Assembly (NCBI GenBank): GCA_041584015.1
Contig: JBFHES010000001.1
Location: forward strand, 2,040-66,039
DNA length: 64,000 nt
From: Bacteroidales bacterium
GTDB taxonomy: Bacteria > Bacteroidota > Bacteroidia > Bacteroidales > M50B96
Reading direction: 5' to 3'
Part shown: positions 29,705 to 38,853 of the stretch, piece by piece
Layout: the number at the start of each line of letters is the position of its first letter
Numbering within the stretch: the stretch's first letter is position 1
Program-made: the position numbers and the translations under genes
The notes under the pieces: generated by a model
The model's database searches: none
Seen by the model: only the letters and a program-made list of their open reading frames with translations
What the model was told of the DNA's origin: nothing

Positions 29705-29733
29705 GGCCTTTTATTAAAGGCCTTTCTCTTTTT
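29705..29733 (+). terminator. Rho-independent terminator downstream of the glycosyltransferase genes
   Basis: 7-bp stem ggccttt / aaaggcc with loop tatt, followed by the T-rich tract tttctctttttt. Confidence 0.5.
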
Positions 29734-30749
29734 TAATCCACGGTCCAAACGTTTCCGCTATTCATCAAATCGTCCATATTTTTAATCTTTGATTCAGCCT
29801 GAACATCTTCCAGTTGTTTAACAACTTTTGCATCATATGTAGAATCGGCAACAGCTCTAATTACACCAAAAACAACCGGTGATTCTGGATAGCTCATATT
29901 AACAAGCATCATGTGAATAAACGGACTTGGATTGTGTGCATCATGCACAAGAATATCGTCCATGGTATAACCATCCTCTCCAATGGTAACTACCTTCAGG
30001 CCTAAACCGTCCGGCACAATTCCCTTATTCTTGTCTTTTCCGAAAATCATCTTCTCTCCGTGATGAACGAAAAGCTGTCTGTTTTCCTTCTCCTGACGAT
30101 CGGTTACATCAGCATAAAACTTATCATTATAAATAACACAGTTTTGCATTACTTCAACAACGGATGTACCTTTAAATTTAGCGGCTTCAATTAAAATCTC
30201 AGTAGTCATTTTAAGGTTACCGTCTATTGAACGCGCAAAGAATTTACCCTGTGCTCCAATTACTAACTCACCAGGCTTAAAAGGATGTTCTACTGTTCCG
30301 AATGGTGATGTTTTAGTAACGGCACCTTCTTTAGAAGTAGGCGAATATTGTCCTTTTGTTAATCCATAAATCTCGTTATTAAACAGGATAAGATTCAGGT
30401 CAACATTTCTTCTTATTTCATGAATAAAGTGATTACCACCGATAGCAAGTGCATCACCATCACCGGTTATTTGCCACACGCATAAATCCGGATTAGCAAC
30501 CTTTACACCAGAGGCAATTGCTCCGGCTCTACCATGGATACTATGAAAACCATAAGTATTCATGTAATATGGGAAACGTGACGAACATCCAATTCCAGAA
30601 ATTACAGCAAACTGCTCTTTTGGAATATTCAATGCAGCCATCGCTTTTTGAACAGAATTTAAAACAGCATGATCACCACAACCCGGGCACCATCTAACTT
30701 CCTGATCACTTTTAAAGTCCTTCGGAGTTAACATCTGTAGTCCTTCCAT
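29733..30749 (-). CDS. korB: 2-oxoacid:ferredoxin oxidoreductase beta subunit (KorB-type, TPP-binding)
   Basis: WCPGCGDH, the TPP motif GDGDALAIGGNH, and 338 aa. Its start codon (ending at 30749) lies 2 nt below the korA stop codon (starting at 30752). Confidence 0.9.
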   Translation of the reverse strand: MEGLQMLTPKDFKSDQEVRWCPGCGDHAVLNSVQKAMAALNIPKEQFAVISGIGCSSRFPYYMNTYGFHSIHGRAGAIASGVKVANPDLCVWQITGDGDALAIGGNHFIHEIRRNVDLNLILFNNEIYGLTKGQYSPTSKEGAVTKTSPFGTVEHPFKPGELVIGAQGKFFARSIDGNLKMTTEILIEAAKFKGTSVVEVMQNCVIYNDKFYADVTDRQEKENRQLFVHHGEKMIFGKDKNKGIVPDGLGLKVVTIGEDGYTMDDILVHDAHNPSPFIHMMLVNMSYPESPVVFGVIRAVADSTYDAKVVKQLEDVQAESKIKNMDDLMNSGNVWTVD

Positions 30750-30751
30750 GA

Positions 30752-32602
30752 TTATTTCTCCTCCAAAATTTTAATAAAACCTTCTTTTAACTCCTGAACA
30801 GTAAATGGTAGTCCTTGCACTTTATTTATTTGTTTATAATCGAACTTTTGATGCTTGATACGTAAATAACTTGCAAATTGGCCGAGGTTAATTTCACAAA
30901 CAACTCTTTTCTTAAACCTTCCAAACACATCAGCAGTATTCTTTGGTAATGGGTTGATATAATTAAAGTGAGCCAAACTAATGTTGTATCCTTCAGCTCT
31001 TAGCTGATGAACAGCTGATGTGAGGTGACCATAAGTTCCTCCCCAACCAATCACAAGCAATTCGCCTTCTTGATCGCCTTCAATGGTTTGCTCAGGAATA
31101 AAATTCGCAATATTTTTAATCTTATCCTCACGGATATCACTCATTACCTGGTGATTTTCCGGAACGTAAGAAACGGTACCCGTATTTTCCATTTTCTCAA
31201 GGCCACCAATTCGGTGCTCTTGTCCAGGTGTTCCTGGTATCGCCCATTCACGAACTAACTTCTCTGCGTCACGCGCATATGGCATATAATCACGTCCGTC
31301 GTTCGGAGTAATTTTATGCGTTATAGATGGCATATCTGCCATTTTAGGAATATGGAATGGCTCCGATCCATTTGCTAAGAAACCATCGGTTAAGCAAATA
31401 ACTGGAGTCATGTGTTCCAATGCAATTCTTGATGCTTCGAACGACCAATCGAAACAATTGCTTGGTGTGCTTGCTGCTACAATAGCAACAGGGCTTTCGC
31501 CGTTTCGGCCATAAAGAGCCTGCATTAAGTCAGACTGTTCAGTTTTAGTAGGCAAGCCCGTTGATGGCCCCCCACGCTGAACATTCACAATAACCAATGG
31601 AAGCTCTGTAATAACTGCTAAACCAATAGCTTCAGACTTTAATGCTAATCCAGGACCTGAGGTTGAAGTGGCAGCAAGATTTCCTGCGAAACTGGCACCA
31701 ATAGAGGTACAAATACCAGCAATCTCATCTTCAGCTTGAAATACTTTTACGCCAAGATCCTTTCGCTCAGCTAAGGCTTGTAGAATTTCTGTTGCCGGAG
31801 TAATTGGATATGAACCAAGGAACAATGGAAGGTTAGCCTTTTCTGCAGCAGCAATTAATCCCCAGGCAGAAGCAACGTTACCGCTTATCGTTCTGTATCG
31901 TCCTTTAGGTATTGGAGCCGGATTAACTTTATATGATGGAGTTAGCGCTTCTATTGTTTCAGCGTAATTATATCCCGCATGAAGTACTCTTTTGTTTGCA
32001 TCAACCACCAACTGGTTTTTTCTAAATTTTTTCTCAAAGAAATTTTCAGAATGATCCATTGGGCGATTAAACAACCAAAACACCATACCAAGCGAGAACA
32101 TATTCTTACTTCGAAGAATACTCTTATTGTCAAGTCCCAGATCTTTCAAACTCTCCTTAGTAAGATTTGAAATTGGCGCTTCGATAATATTAAAATCAGT
32201 AAGTTTATCTTCCGCAATTGGATCGTTGGTTAGATAGCCAGCTTTACGCAAGTTCTTTTCCGTAAAGTTATCGATATCTACAATAATGGTTCCTCCTTGT
32301 TTGGTCCATTTCGACGATGCTTTAAGAGCTGCCGGATTCATAGCAACTAAAACATCAGCATAGTCTCCAGGTGTATTTACCTTACTGTGCCCAAAATGTA
32401 CTTGAAAACCAGAAACACCACCAACAGTTCCCTGTGGTGCCCTAATCTCTGCAGGATAATCGGGAAATGTAGCTACATCGTTTCCTAAGAGAGCAGATGT
32501 ATCAGAAAACAATGTGCCCGTAAGCTGCATTCCGTCGCCAGAATCACCAGAAAACCTGATTACTACCTGTTCTAGCTCGATAACGCTTGTTTTTTGTGTC
32601 AT
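30752..32602 (-). CDS. korA: 2-oxoacid:ferredoxin oxidoreductase alpha subunit (KorA-type)
   Basis: 616 aa with a gamma-like N-terminal domain (FSGDSGDGMQLTG) fused to the alpha pyrimidine-binding domain (GSYPITPATEI, GGPSTGLPTKTEQSDL). Confidence 0.9.
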   Translation of the reverse strand: MTQKTSVIELEQVVIRFSGDSGDGMQLTGTLFSDTSALLGNDVATFPDYPAEIRAPQGTVGGVSGFQVHFGHSKVNTPGDYADVLVAMNPAALKASSKWTKQGGTIIVDIDNFTEKNLRKAGYLTNDPIAEDKLTDFNIIEAPISNLTKESLKDLGLDNKSILRSKNMFSLGMVFWLFNRPMDHSENFFEKKFRKNQLVVDANKRVLHAGYNYAETIEALTPSYKVNPAPIPKGRYRTISGNVASAWGLIAAAEKANLPLFLGSYPITPATEILQALAERKDLGVKVFQAEDEIAGICTSIGASFAGNLAATSTSGPGLALKSEAIGLAVITELPLVIVNVQRGGPSTGLPTKTEQSDLMQALYGRNGESPVAIVAASTPSNCFDWSFEASRIALEHMTPVICLTDGFLANGSEPFHIPKMADMPSITHKITPNDGRDYMPYARDAEKLVREWAIPGTPGQEHRIGGLEKMENTGTVSYVPENHQVMSDIREDKIKNIANFIPEQTIEGDQEGELLVIGWGGTYGHLTSAVHQLRAEGYNISLAHFNYINPLPKNTADVFGRFKKRVVCEINLGQFASYLRIKHQKFDYKQINKVQGLPFTVQELKEGFIKILEEK

Positions 32603-32694
32603 AATATTCGTATGATTTCTAAAGGAATTTAGTGAGGGTTGTTCTTAATAATATGTAATGTATTGCCAATGTCATACAATCATAAATTAGACTT

Positions 32695-32702
32695 CAAAAT
32701 TA
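32695..32702 (-). promoter_or_regulatory. Candidate -7 box (TAATTTTG on the minus strand) for korAB
   Basis: Plus-strand caaaatta is TAATTTTG on the minus strand, about 93 nt upstream of the korA ATG. Confidence 0.3.
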
Positions 32703-33053
32703 AATACTTTATACTAACTGGTGCGTAATTATCTCAAAAATTTGTAAAAAATGCTACTTAACACTTTTAGCCCTAAACAACTCCAAATGTACAACTTACA
32801 CACACTACAATTTATTTATATTAATTCTATATTAAATTATCCATATATATTGCTTTATTACTATTAATTGCAATCTTACAACACCCATGCTTGAACGTAA
32901 CACTATCTCAAATACTTAGATAATAATTCACTCCTATAATTGAGATTTTGCAAGCCGACAACAATATTTAAATAAAACGCAGAATTTACCACATGAGCTG
33001 CCAAACTAAACCAGAAAGGCTGCTAAAAACAAGAAGCCTGACATTCATAAAAT

Positions 33054-33083
33054 AAAAAACCCTTCATGATTTCTCAAGAAGGG
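33054..33083 (-). terminator. Rho-independent terminator (minus strand) after the small Lys-rich ORF
   Basis: The minus strand reads cccttcttga-gaaa-tcatgaaggg (10-bp stem with one mismatch) followed by tttttt. Confidence 0.65.
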
Positions 33084-33146
33084 AATTGCTTTTGATTTTT
33101 ATTTTTAAAACCTGTTTTAGTAATTGCTATCAGTTATAAAAACCCA

Positions 33147-33251
33147 CTAGCCTTTCGCTTGCTTTTTTGCGCGCTTTTCAGCTTTTTTTTCTTTTGGAGT
33201 TTTTGTCGCTTCCTTTTTTACATTCTTTTTAGCGTCCTGTGATTTTGCCAT
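33147..33251 (-). CDS. Unannotated 34-aa lysine-rich small protein (MAKSQDAKKNVKKEATKTPKEKKAEKRAKKQAKG)
   Basis: An ATG-to-TAG ORF found by hand and too short for the ORF track. It lies between the acyltransferase-like gene and a good minus-strand terminator. 14 of its 34 residues are Lys. Confidence 0.4.
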   Translation of the reverse strand: MAKSQDAKKNVKKEATKTPKEKKAEKRAKKQAKG

Positions 33252-33403
33252 GATTTCAATTTTTAATTTTTTACGACCCCTAACTTTTGTCGACATTACA
33301 ATTCTAACATAAAGGTAATACAATCTTTATTCATTCAAATAAGTCGACTAAACATTAATGCTATTTGATATGAAAACCTTAACCAACCTCACCAATACTA
33401 AAG

Positions 33404-34528
33404 CTATAATCCTTTCTGAAAAATGCGAAATCGCTTGTAAACTTTCCCTCCAAGTTTTTCATTCTCTGCCCGCACCCTTAGGTTGGTTTCCAATTCAAGG
33501 TGACTATCAAAAAACTCAACACCTGCTTTTTTAGCTTCATAAAATAATGTAGTACCTAAAACTGCATCTAGCCCTGAGTTTCGGTAATCCGGATGAACAG
33601 CACCAAGTAGCAGATCGAGCTGTTTGGTTTTCTTCTGCGCTTTCATAATCTGAAAAATGCCAAACGGGAGCACGCGCCCTTTGCACTTACGCACCCCTTC
33701 TGAGATATTGGGCATAGAGAGAACAAAGGCGACGACCTTATGCTTTCCATCCTCAATTACTTTCACAAATCGCGGATCCAACACTGGCAGATACCTACCA
33801 GCAAGCTCATTCATCTCTTTATCTTCAAGTGGTGTAAAAGCATAAATATCTTTAAATGTTTCGTTCACCAACTGAAAAACCGGTTTAATATATGGTTTCA
33901 GCTGCAACTTATTCTTAAAAGGAACTACACGCAAGTTTGGATTATTTCGCAAAGCTCGCTCACTAATACGTTTGTAAAACTCAGGAATCTCTTTTGGCAC
34001 ATCAAGTTTATAAACCACGCAATCTACCTTTTTTGAGAAGCCAGCGTTTTCAACAAAATCAACCATAAACTTAAAGTTATAGTTGGTTGCAATAACTGGT
34101 GTAAACTCAAAACCCTCAACAAGCAATCCTTGCGGATCTTTCTCAGAAAAACCAAGCGGGCCAACCAATTTATCCATTCCTTTAGCTCTTGCCCAATCCT
34201 CAATGCCAACTAGTAATTTTTGAGCTACCTTAAAATCATTATAAGTTTCAAGAAATACAAAACGCCCCTCCTTTAATTCATGCTCATTATTATATTTATG
34301 ATTAATGATACCCATTACCCTGCCAACAGCTTCATTGCCTTTATAAGCCAATAACAAACACGTATCGGAATAATGAAAGGCATGATTCTTCTTTGGATTG
34401 AAGTAGGTGCGTTCATCCATATAAACTGGCGGCACCCAATTCGTATGGTCCTTATGAATAATTGCAGGGAGACGAATAAACGTGCGCAACTCACTTCTAC
34501 TATTTACCTCTTTAATTCTGATACTCAT
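33404..34528 (-). CDS. GNAT-fold acyltransferase-like protein (two-lobed, about 374 aa), function unknown
   Basis: The pattern WVPPVYMDERTYFNPKKNHAF...LLLAYKGNEAVGRVMGIINH...GRFVFLE...GMDKLVGPLGFS resembles the widespread 'GNAT family N-acetyltransferase' hypothetical family. The assignment is from memory only. Confidence 0.55.
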   Translation of the reverse strand: MSIRIKEVNSRSELRTFIRLPAIIHKDHTNWVPPVYMDERTYFNPKKNHAFHYSDTCLLLAYKGNEAVGRVMGIINHKYNNEHELKEGRFVFLETYNDFKVAQKLLVGIEDWARAKGMDKLVGPLGFSEKDPQGLLVEGFEFTPVIATNYNFKFMVDFVENAGFSKKVDCVVYKLDVPKEIPEFYKRISERALRNNPNLRVVPFKNKLQLKPYIKPVFQLVNETFKDIYAFTPLEDKEMNELAGRYLPVLDPRFVKVIEDGKHKVVAFVLSMPNISEGVRKCKGRVLPFGIFQIMKAQKKTKQLDLLLGAVHPDYRNSGLDAVLGTTLFYEAKKAGVEFFDSHLELETNLRVRAENEKLGGKVYKRFRIFQKGL

Positions 34529-35414
34529 AGCTTATCTGTTTGGCTGTGATTAATTGCAGTTTATTGTAGACGGTATTGGAGATGATATATAAAAAAGGTG
34601 TAACAATAAATGCGGCAAGAACATCGAGCGCATAATGAGCCCCTATATATACTGTAGAGAATACCATTAATATTGACACTGGAATAACGACAACTAAAAA
34701 TCGAGGCAGGTATTTTCTGCATTGCCATAATAGCATTAAACAAATGCTAACATGTGAACTCGGAAGTGCCCCGGTAGGTCTTTCACCTATTGATTGAATG
34801 TATCGCATTAGTGGTTCAAATAAATAACCATTGGGAACATCTATTGCCGCTACCAGATAAAACTGTGGACCAGCTACCGGGAATACTGAGAATAATAAAT
34901 AATAGATTAAGAAAGAAAACAAAATAATAAACGAAAACCTTTCTCCTTCCCTTGAACTTACTTTAAAATATACAAACAGAGGCAATAGGAACACCAATAG
35001 GTAATAGGAAAAATAGCCAAAGAACATGAGCTCAGAAAAAACGGAACTATTAAATAATTTGGCAAACTCAACTGAAGGCTGAAAGTTCCACATCCAAAAT
35101 TCCGTTTGGGCAATTATGCTGTCAAAATACGAGGCAAATAGCAAGTTATTAAAGCTGTCGGTTTCTGAATAGAAATAGCCAATAAATAAAAATGGAAGAA
35201 ATAGCCGGACTACTTTTGAAATGTTCGACTTCTTCGGTATAAAAAGCAAAGCGTATAAAAGTGCAATCAAGATTCGAATACCAATACCTACATACCAATT
35301 TGCTATTTCAGCATTAAAGATTACCAGCACGATAGCAGTGAGTGATAAGTAAATAGAAAATACTATTTCAACTGGTTTCAGTTGTCGAAGTGATGTTTTT
35401 AGAAAGCTGCCCAT
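34512..35414 (-). CDS. PAP2-superfamily integral membrane phosphatase/phosphotransferase
   Basis: Multiple TM helices, with PAP2 motifs PSSHVS and GAHYALDV near the C-terminus. Its 3' end overlaps the start of the downstream gene by 17 nt. The start is set at ATG 35414 (MGSFLKTSL) instead of the TTG at 35441. Confidence 0.7.
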   Translation of the reverse strand: MGSFLKTSLRQLKPVEIVFSIYLSLTAIVLVIFNAEIANWYVGIGIRILIALLYALLFIPKKSNISKVVRLFLPFLFIGYFYSETDSFNNLLFASYFDSIIAQTEFWMWNFQPSVEFAKLFNSSVFSELMFFGYFSYYLLVFLLPLFVYFKVSSREGERFSFIILFSFLIYYLLFSVFPVAGPQFYLVAAIDVPNGYLFEPLMRYIQSIGERPTGALPSSHVSICLMLLWQCRKYLPRFLVVVIPVSILMVFSTVYIGAHYALDVLAAFIVTPFLYIISNTVYNKLQLITAKQISYEYQN

Positions 35415-35535
35415 ATAGTTTAATAGCAGCTGAAAATACAAATTTTTGGGGATTATACGTAAGGTAGAAGTATCAATTCAAAAGTGTTAATTAGAAATAA
35501 GTTCTAACATGCAGTTCCAAATCATCTTGGCGCTT

Positions 35536-35653
35536 CGCCCAAACCCGACTTTATTTGTTCATCTAAATTATAGTTTCAATGGAATTCACGTTTTCCGCTA
35601 CGCTCCAATTTTTCGCTTGATCGCAAAAACGAAGCAATAAAGGTCAAGGCTGC
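35536..35653. repeat. Copy A of a diverged intergenic repeat (related to 42749-42814)
   Basis: It shares the blocks caaacccgactt and cttgat..caa.aa...agcaa...a..tcaag.ctgc with copy B. Copy A carries about 55 extra bp between the blocks. Confidence 0.45.
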
Positions 35654-36033
35654 ACACTCTTCACTCAAAAAAGCTACGGTGATGACTTAAATTGTTTTAA
35701 ACCCACCCTTATCGTTCCTCAAAGAGCTCAAACAGAAAACAATTTTCAACAGTCATTTCACCTTGTTTTTTGGCTCATAGCCTGATGCCATTGCTGTGCA
35801 GCGATTCAGAACATATATTTATTATTACATAGAGGTAATTGAGCTATTTTAATTTACGAACATAAATTAGCGCCGACTATGATCGCCGCGAGCGACGGCT
35901 TGTCCACGGATGGTGCGAAATGAAAGTTGCCGCTCTGGATTAATGCACTATCTTTTATTATGCTTGAGTAGTTATTAATGGAGGTGCCTCAACAACTATA
36001 TGGGGCAAGTTATTCCAATCGAAAAAATAAGCA

Positions 36034-36064
36034 TAAAAAAAAGCCTATCAAATTGATAGGCTTT
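36034..36064 (-). terminator. Rho-independent terminator of the cold-shock gene
   Basis: 11-bp palindromic stem aaagcctatca / tgataggcttt. The A-run on the plus strand gives a T-run after the hairpin on the minus strand. Confidence 0.75.
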
Positions 36065-36095
36065 AGTAATGCTTTAAAAAGTTTAAGAATATATC

Positions 36096-36287
36096 TTATA
36101 ATACTTGAACGTCAACAGCGTTCAAACCTTTTTGTCCTTCTTTTACATCATAGCTTACTTTATCGCCTTCAGCTATTTCCTCAACTAAATCATTCTTGTG
36201 AACAAATACATCTTTTGTACCATCATCAGGTGTGATGAATCCAAATCCTTTAGCATTATTGAAGAATTTTACAGTTCCTTTTTTCAT
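36096..36287 (-). CDS. cspA: Cold-shock protein (CspA family)
   Basis: 63 aa with [20 protein letters not shown] (RNP1) and DVFVH (RNP2). Confidence 0.95.
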   Translation of the reverse strand: MKKGTVKFFNNAKGFGFITPDDGTKDVFVHKNDLVEEIAEGDKVSYDVKEGQKGLNAVDVQVL

Positions 36288-36316
36288 TGTAACAAATTAA
36301 AAATTAATATTCCGTA

Positions 36317-36324
36317 CAAAGATA
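36317..36324 (-). promoter_or_regulatory. Candidate -7 box TATCTTTG for csp
   Basis: Plus-strand caaagata is TATCTTTG on the minus strand, about 30 nt upstream of the ATG. Confidence 0.4.
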
Positions 36325-36681
36325 ACTTTATTCTTATAAATTCATTTTTTTATGCCTTTTTATTAAACAAAATATCTGAATCACTTACCAGTCGCTGAAT
36401 TCCGAAATAAAAAAAATAAAAAAAAAAGCAAAAATGAGGATTTTCAAGCAATTTTACGCCCTTATTTATGTTCAATTCAGCGTATTAAACCTTAATCAAG
36501 AAAATGTTTTGCTGGTAAAAAAAAATCCATTTTTCACATCTAGTATTAATTCTGATTTAGGCTTTCATAAAACACAAAGCGTAAATCCTGATTTCATGAA
36601 GCAGAGCTCTTATTAAAGATTTCTAAACGCTCTGATCATCCTTCAGTAAAAATCAGCACCGATTTAATAGGATCAATGACT

Positions 36682-38130
36682 TCAAAGCTTTACTACTTTC
36701 TGAGTCTTGATTTTTTTGGTGCCACGGGTTTCGATATAATACACACCGCTTGGTAAATGTGCAATAGATAATACATTACTATTAAAGTCCAGATTTTCGT
36801 AAACTAATGTTCCGTCTGCTGCATGAATAAACAACTGCATTGCTATCTTCTCATTGTATTTGAAATTAAGCAAACCATCTGTTGGGTTTGGATAAACTGT
36901 TGCTTCGAGCAAAGTTTCCTCTTCATCAACGCCAAAAACGCAATCGGTGGTAAAATAAATATTAGGACTATCAATTGTATCGAAATCGAAAATCTGTGGC
37001 GGAGGAAATGGCATTGTCCACACGCAAACTTCAGTTAGAGTCGGAATGCGACCAATTCGAAAGATTTCCAACAAGGGGTTTTGTGAAACATCCAAAGTAG
37101 TCAATGGGTTTGCGCTACAGCTTGATATTCCTATTTGAAGTGAGATGAGCTTTGTATTTGCACGCACGTCAATTGACGTCAGCTCATTACCATTACAGGT
37201 CAAATATTGGAGTTCAGTAAGATTAGAAACATCAATTTCTGTAAAATTACATTTCCCACACAAAAGGGCTTCCAGCTTGTTATTAGCAGAAAGATCAATG
37301 CTACTTAGAGGATTATAGGTAAAGTCGAGATAGAATAGATTTGGGTTACCTGAAACATCTAATGAGGATAGATTATTATACCCAATATTTACAAAATCCA
37401 ACATAGGAAGCCCTGTTAAATCAATACTATCAATATCGTTATGCAAACAATTCAATGAAGTTAATGAGTCATTGTTTGACAGATCCAAACTTGTAAGTTC
37501 ATTATAATTGCAAGAAATCATTTCTAGTAAAACATTAGTGCTTACATTCAGATTTGTTAATTGATTATTTGCACAGGATAACATGCTAAGGTTTATATTA
37601 GCAGATAGATCAAGATGCGTAAGGTTATTATCTGAACAGCTTAATATATTAAGATTTGTATTACTTGAAATAGCTAAAGAGTCCAGTAAATTTTCTTTGC
37701 ATATTAACCAATCTAATAAGGTGCAGCCCGAAACGTCGATATGCTTTAGATTGTTATTATTGCAGGTCAGATGAGTAAGGCCCGTGTTACTTGTCATATC
37801 TAAAGTATCAATCATATTATTCGTACATTTTAAAATCCTCAAGTATTGATTTGAAGATAGATCCACATTGGAAATCAGGTTATCTTCAATGCTTAATGTT
37901 TCTAAATCATCAAATGCCTCAATGCCTGTTATATCATGAATACCCTTATTATCAACCGAAATTTGTGTTTTACCAGATGCCTCAGTAAAACTGATCTCAG
38001 CATCATTATTATAGTCCATGCCTAAATCAATGAGTGCTTGTTTGAAATTAGCATCGGGAATGTAAATATTCTGTGCACCAAGAGTAATTGACAGAGTTGT
38101 TAAAAGGATGATAAATAGAATAGTTCTCAT
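36682..38130 (-). CDS. Leucine-rich-repeat protein with T9SS type A C-terminal sorting domain
   Basis: Signal peptide, then about 15 tandem ~22-aa LRRs (L..L.C..N.LT.LD.S.N..L). The C-terminal domain is VYPNPTDGLLNFKYNE...GVYYIETRG...KVVKL. Confidence 0.85.
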   Translation of the reverse strand: MRTILFIILLTTLSITLGAQNIYIPDANFKQALIDLGMDYNNDAEISFTEASGKTQISVDNKGIHDITGIEAFDDLETLSIEDNLISNVDLSSNQYLRILKCTNNMIDTLDMTSNTGLTHLTCNNNNLKHIDVSGCTLLDWLICKENLLDSLAISSNTNLNILSCSDNNLTHLDLSANINLSMLSCANNQLTNLNVSTNVLLEMISCNYNELTSLDLSNNDSLTSLNCLHNDIDSIDLTGLPMLDFVNIGYNNLSSLDVSGNPNLFYLDFTYNPLSSIDLSANNKLEALLCGKCNFTEIDVSNLTELQYLTCNGNELTSIDVRANTKLISLQIGISSCSANPLTTLDVSQNPLLEIFRIGRIPTLTEVCVWTMPFPPPQIFDFDTIDSPNIYFTTDCVFGVDEEETLLEATVYPNPTDGLLNFKYNEKIAMQLFIHAADGTLVYENLDFNSNVLSIAHLPSGVYYIETRGTKKIKTQKVVKL

Positions 38131-38294
38131 AGTCTTACCGCTTAAAATTAGTTTATTTGATCAGTTCGTGCCTTAGACGGCAACGGCAGTTCATGGGATG
38201 TCTGAGTTCAAATATTTATTTACAGATAGTTGAATGTATTACAACTTATCCGACAATAAATTAAATCCTTACTTTTACACAAAATTTTTACGTG

Positions 38295-38825
38295 ATGGCT
38301 TTAATTAGAGAACTTCAAGGAATAAAACCGAAATTTGGAAAAAACTGCTTTCTAGCGGAAACAGCCGCTATTATTGGAAAAGTAACCATGGGCGACGACT
38401 GCAGCGTGTGGTATAGCGCTGTGCTTCGCGGCGATGTTCACACAATCACAATTGGGAACAATGTGAACATTCAGGACAATGCGACGATTCATGCTACTTA
38501 TAAAAAATCGCCAACCAATATAGGCGATAATGTTTCCATAGCGCACAATGCAGTTGTTCATGGGTGTACCATACACAACAACGTATTAATTGGCATGGGT
38601 GCAATCATTTTAGATAATGTTGTAATTGAGAGCAACGCGATTATTGCTGCTGGCGCAGTGGTAACCAAAGGAACTTTGGTTGAGTCGGGGAGCGTTTATG
38701 CCGGAGCACCAGCTAAAAAAATAAAAAGTTTAAGTCCTGAATTATTAGAAGGCGAAATAAATAGAATAGCCAACTCATATGCAATGTATGCCGGATGGTA
38801 TGCAGATGAAACGGCTGATGAATAA
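38295..38825 (+). CDS. Gamma-class carbonic anhydrase-like / hexapeptide-repeat protein (YrdA/PaaY type)
   Basis: VWYSAVLRGDVHTITIGNNVNIQDNATIHAT and HNAVVHGCTIHNNVLIGMGAIIL. The ATG at 38295 directly follows the GTG used by the track. Confidence 0.85.
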   Translation: MALIRELQGIKPKFGKNCFLAETAAIIGKVTMGDDCSVWYSAVLRGDVHTITIGNNVNIQDNATIHATYKKSPTNIGDNVSIAHNAVVHGCTIHNNVLIGMGAIILDNVVIESNAIIAAGAVVTKGTLVESGSVYAGAPAKKIKSLSPELLEGEINRIANSYAMYAGWYADETADE

Positions 38826-38853
38826 CAAACCACCACATAACTACCACACTCAT

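Noticed and set aside
35905-35945. Cobalamin-riboswitch-like fragment (ggtgcgaaa ... gccgctctgg)
   Set aside because: There are only two short resemblances to the riboswitch core. There is no B12 box, and no downstream gene on the plus strand for it to regulate.
35978-36616. Three plus-strand ORFs (85, 66 and 60 aa) around the cold-shock gene
   Set aside because: Two overlap the well-supported csp gene on the opposite strand. The third lies in AT-rich homopolymer-laden spacer. None has coding-like composition.
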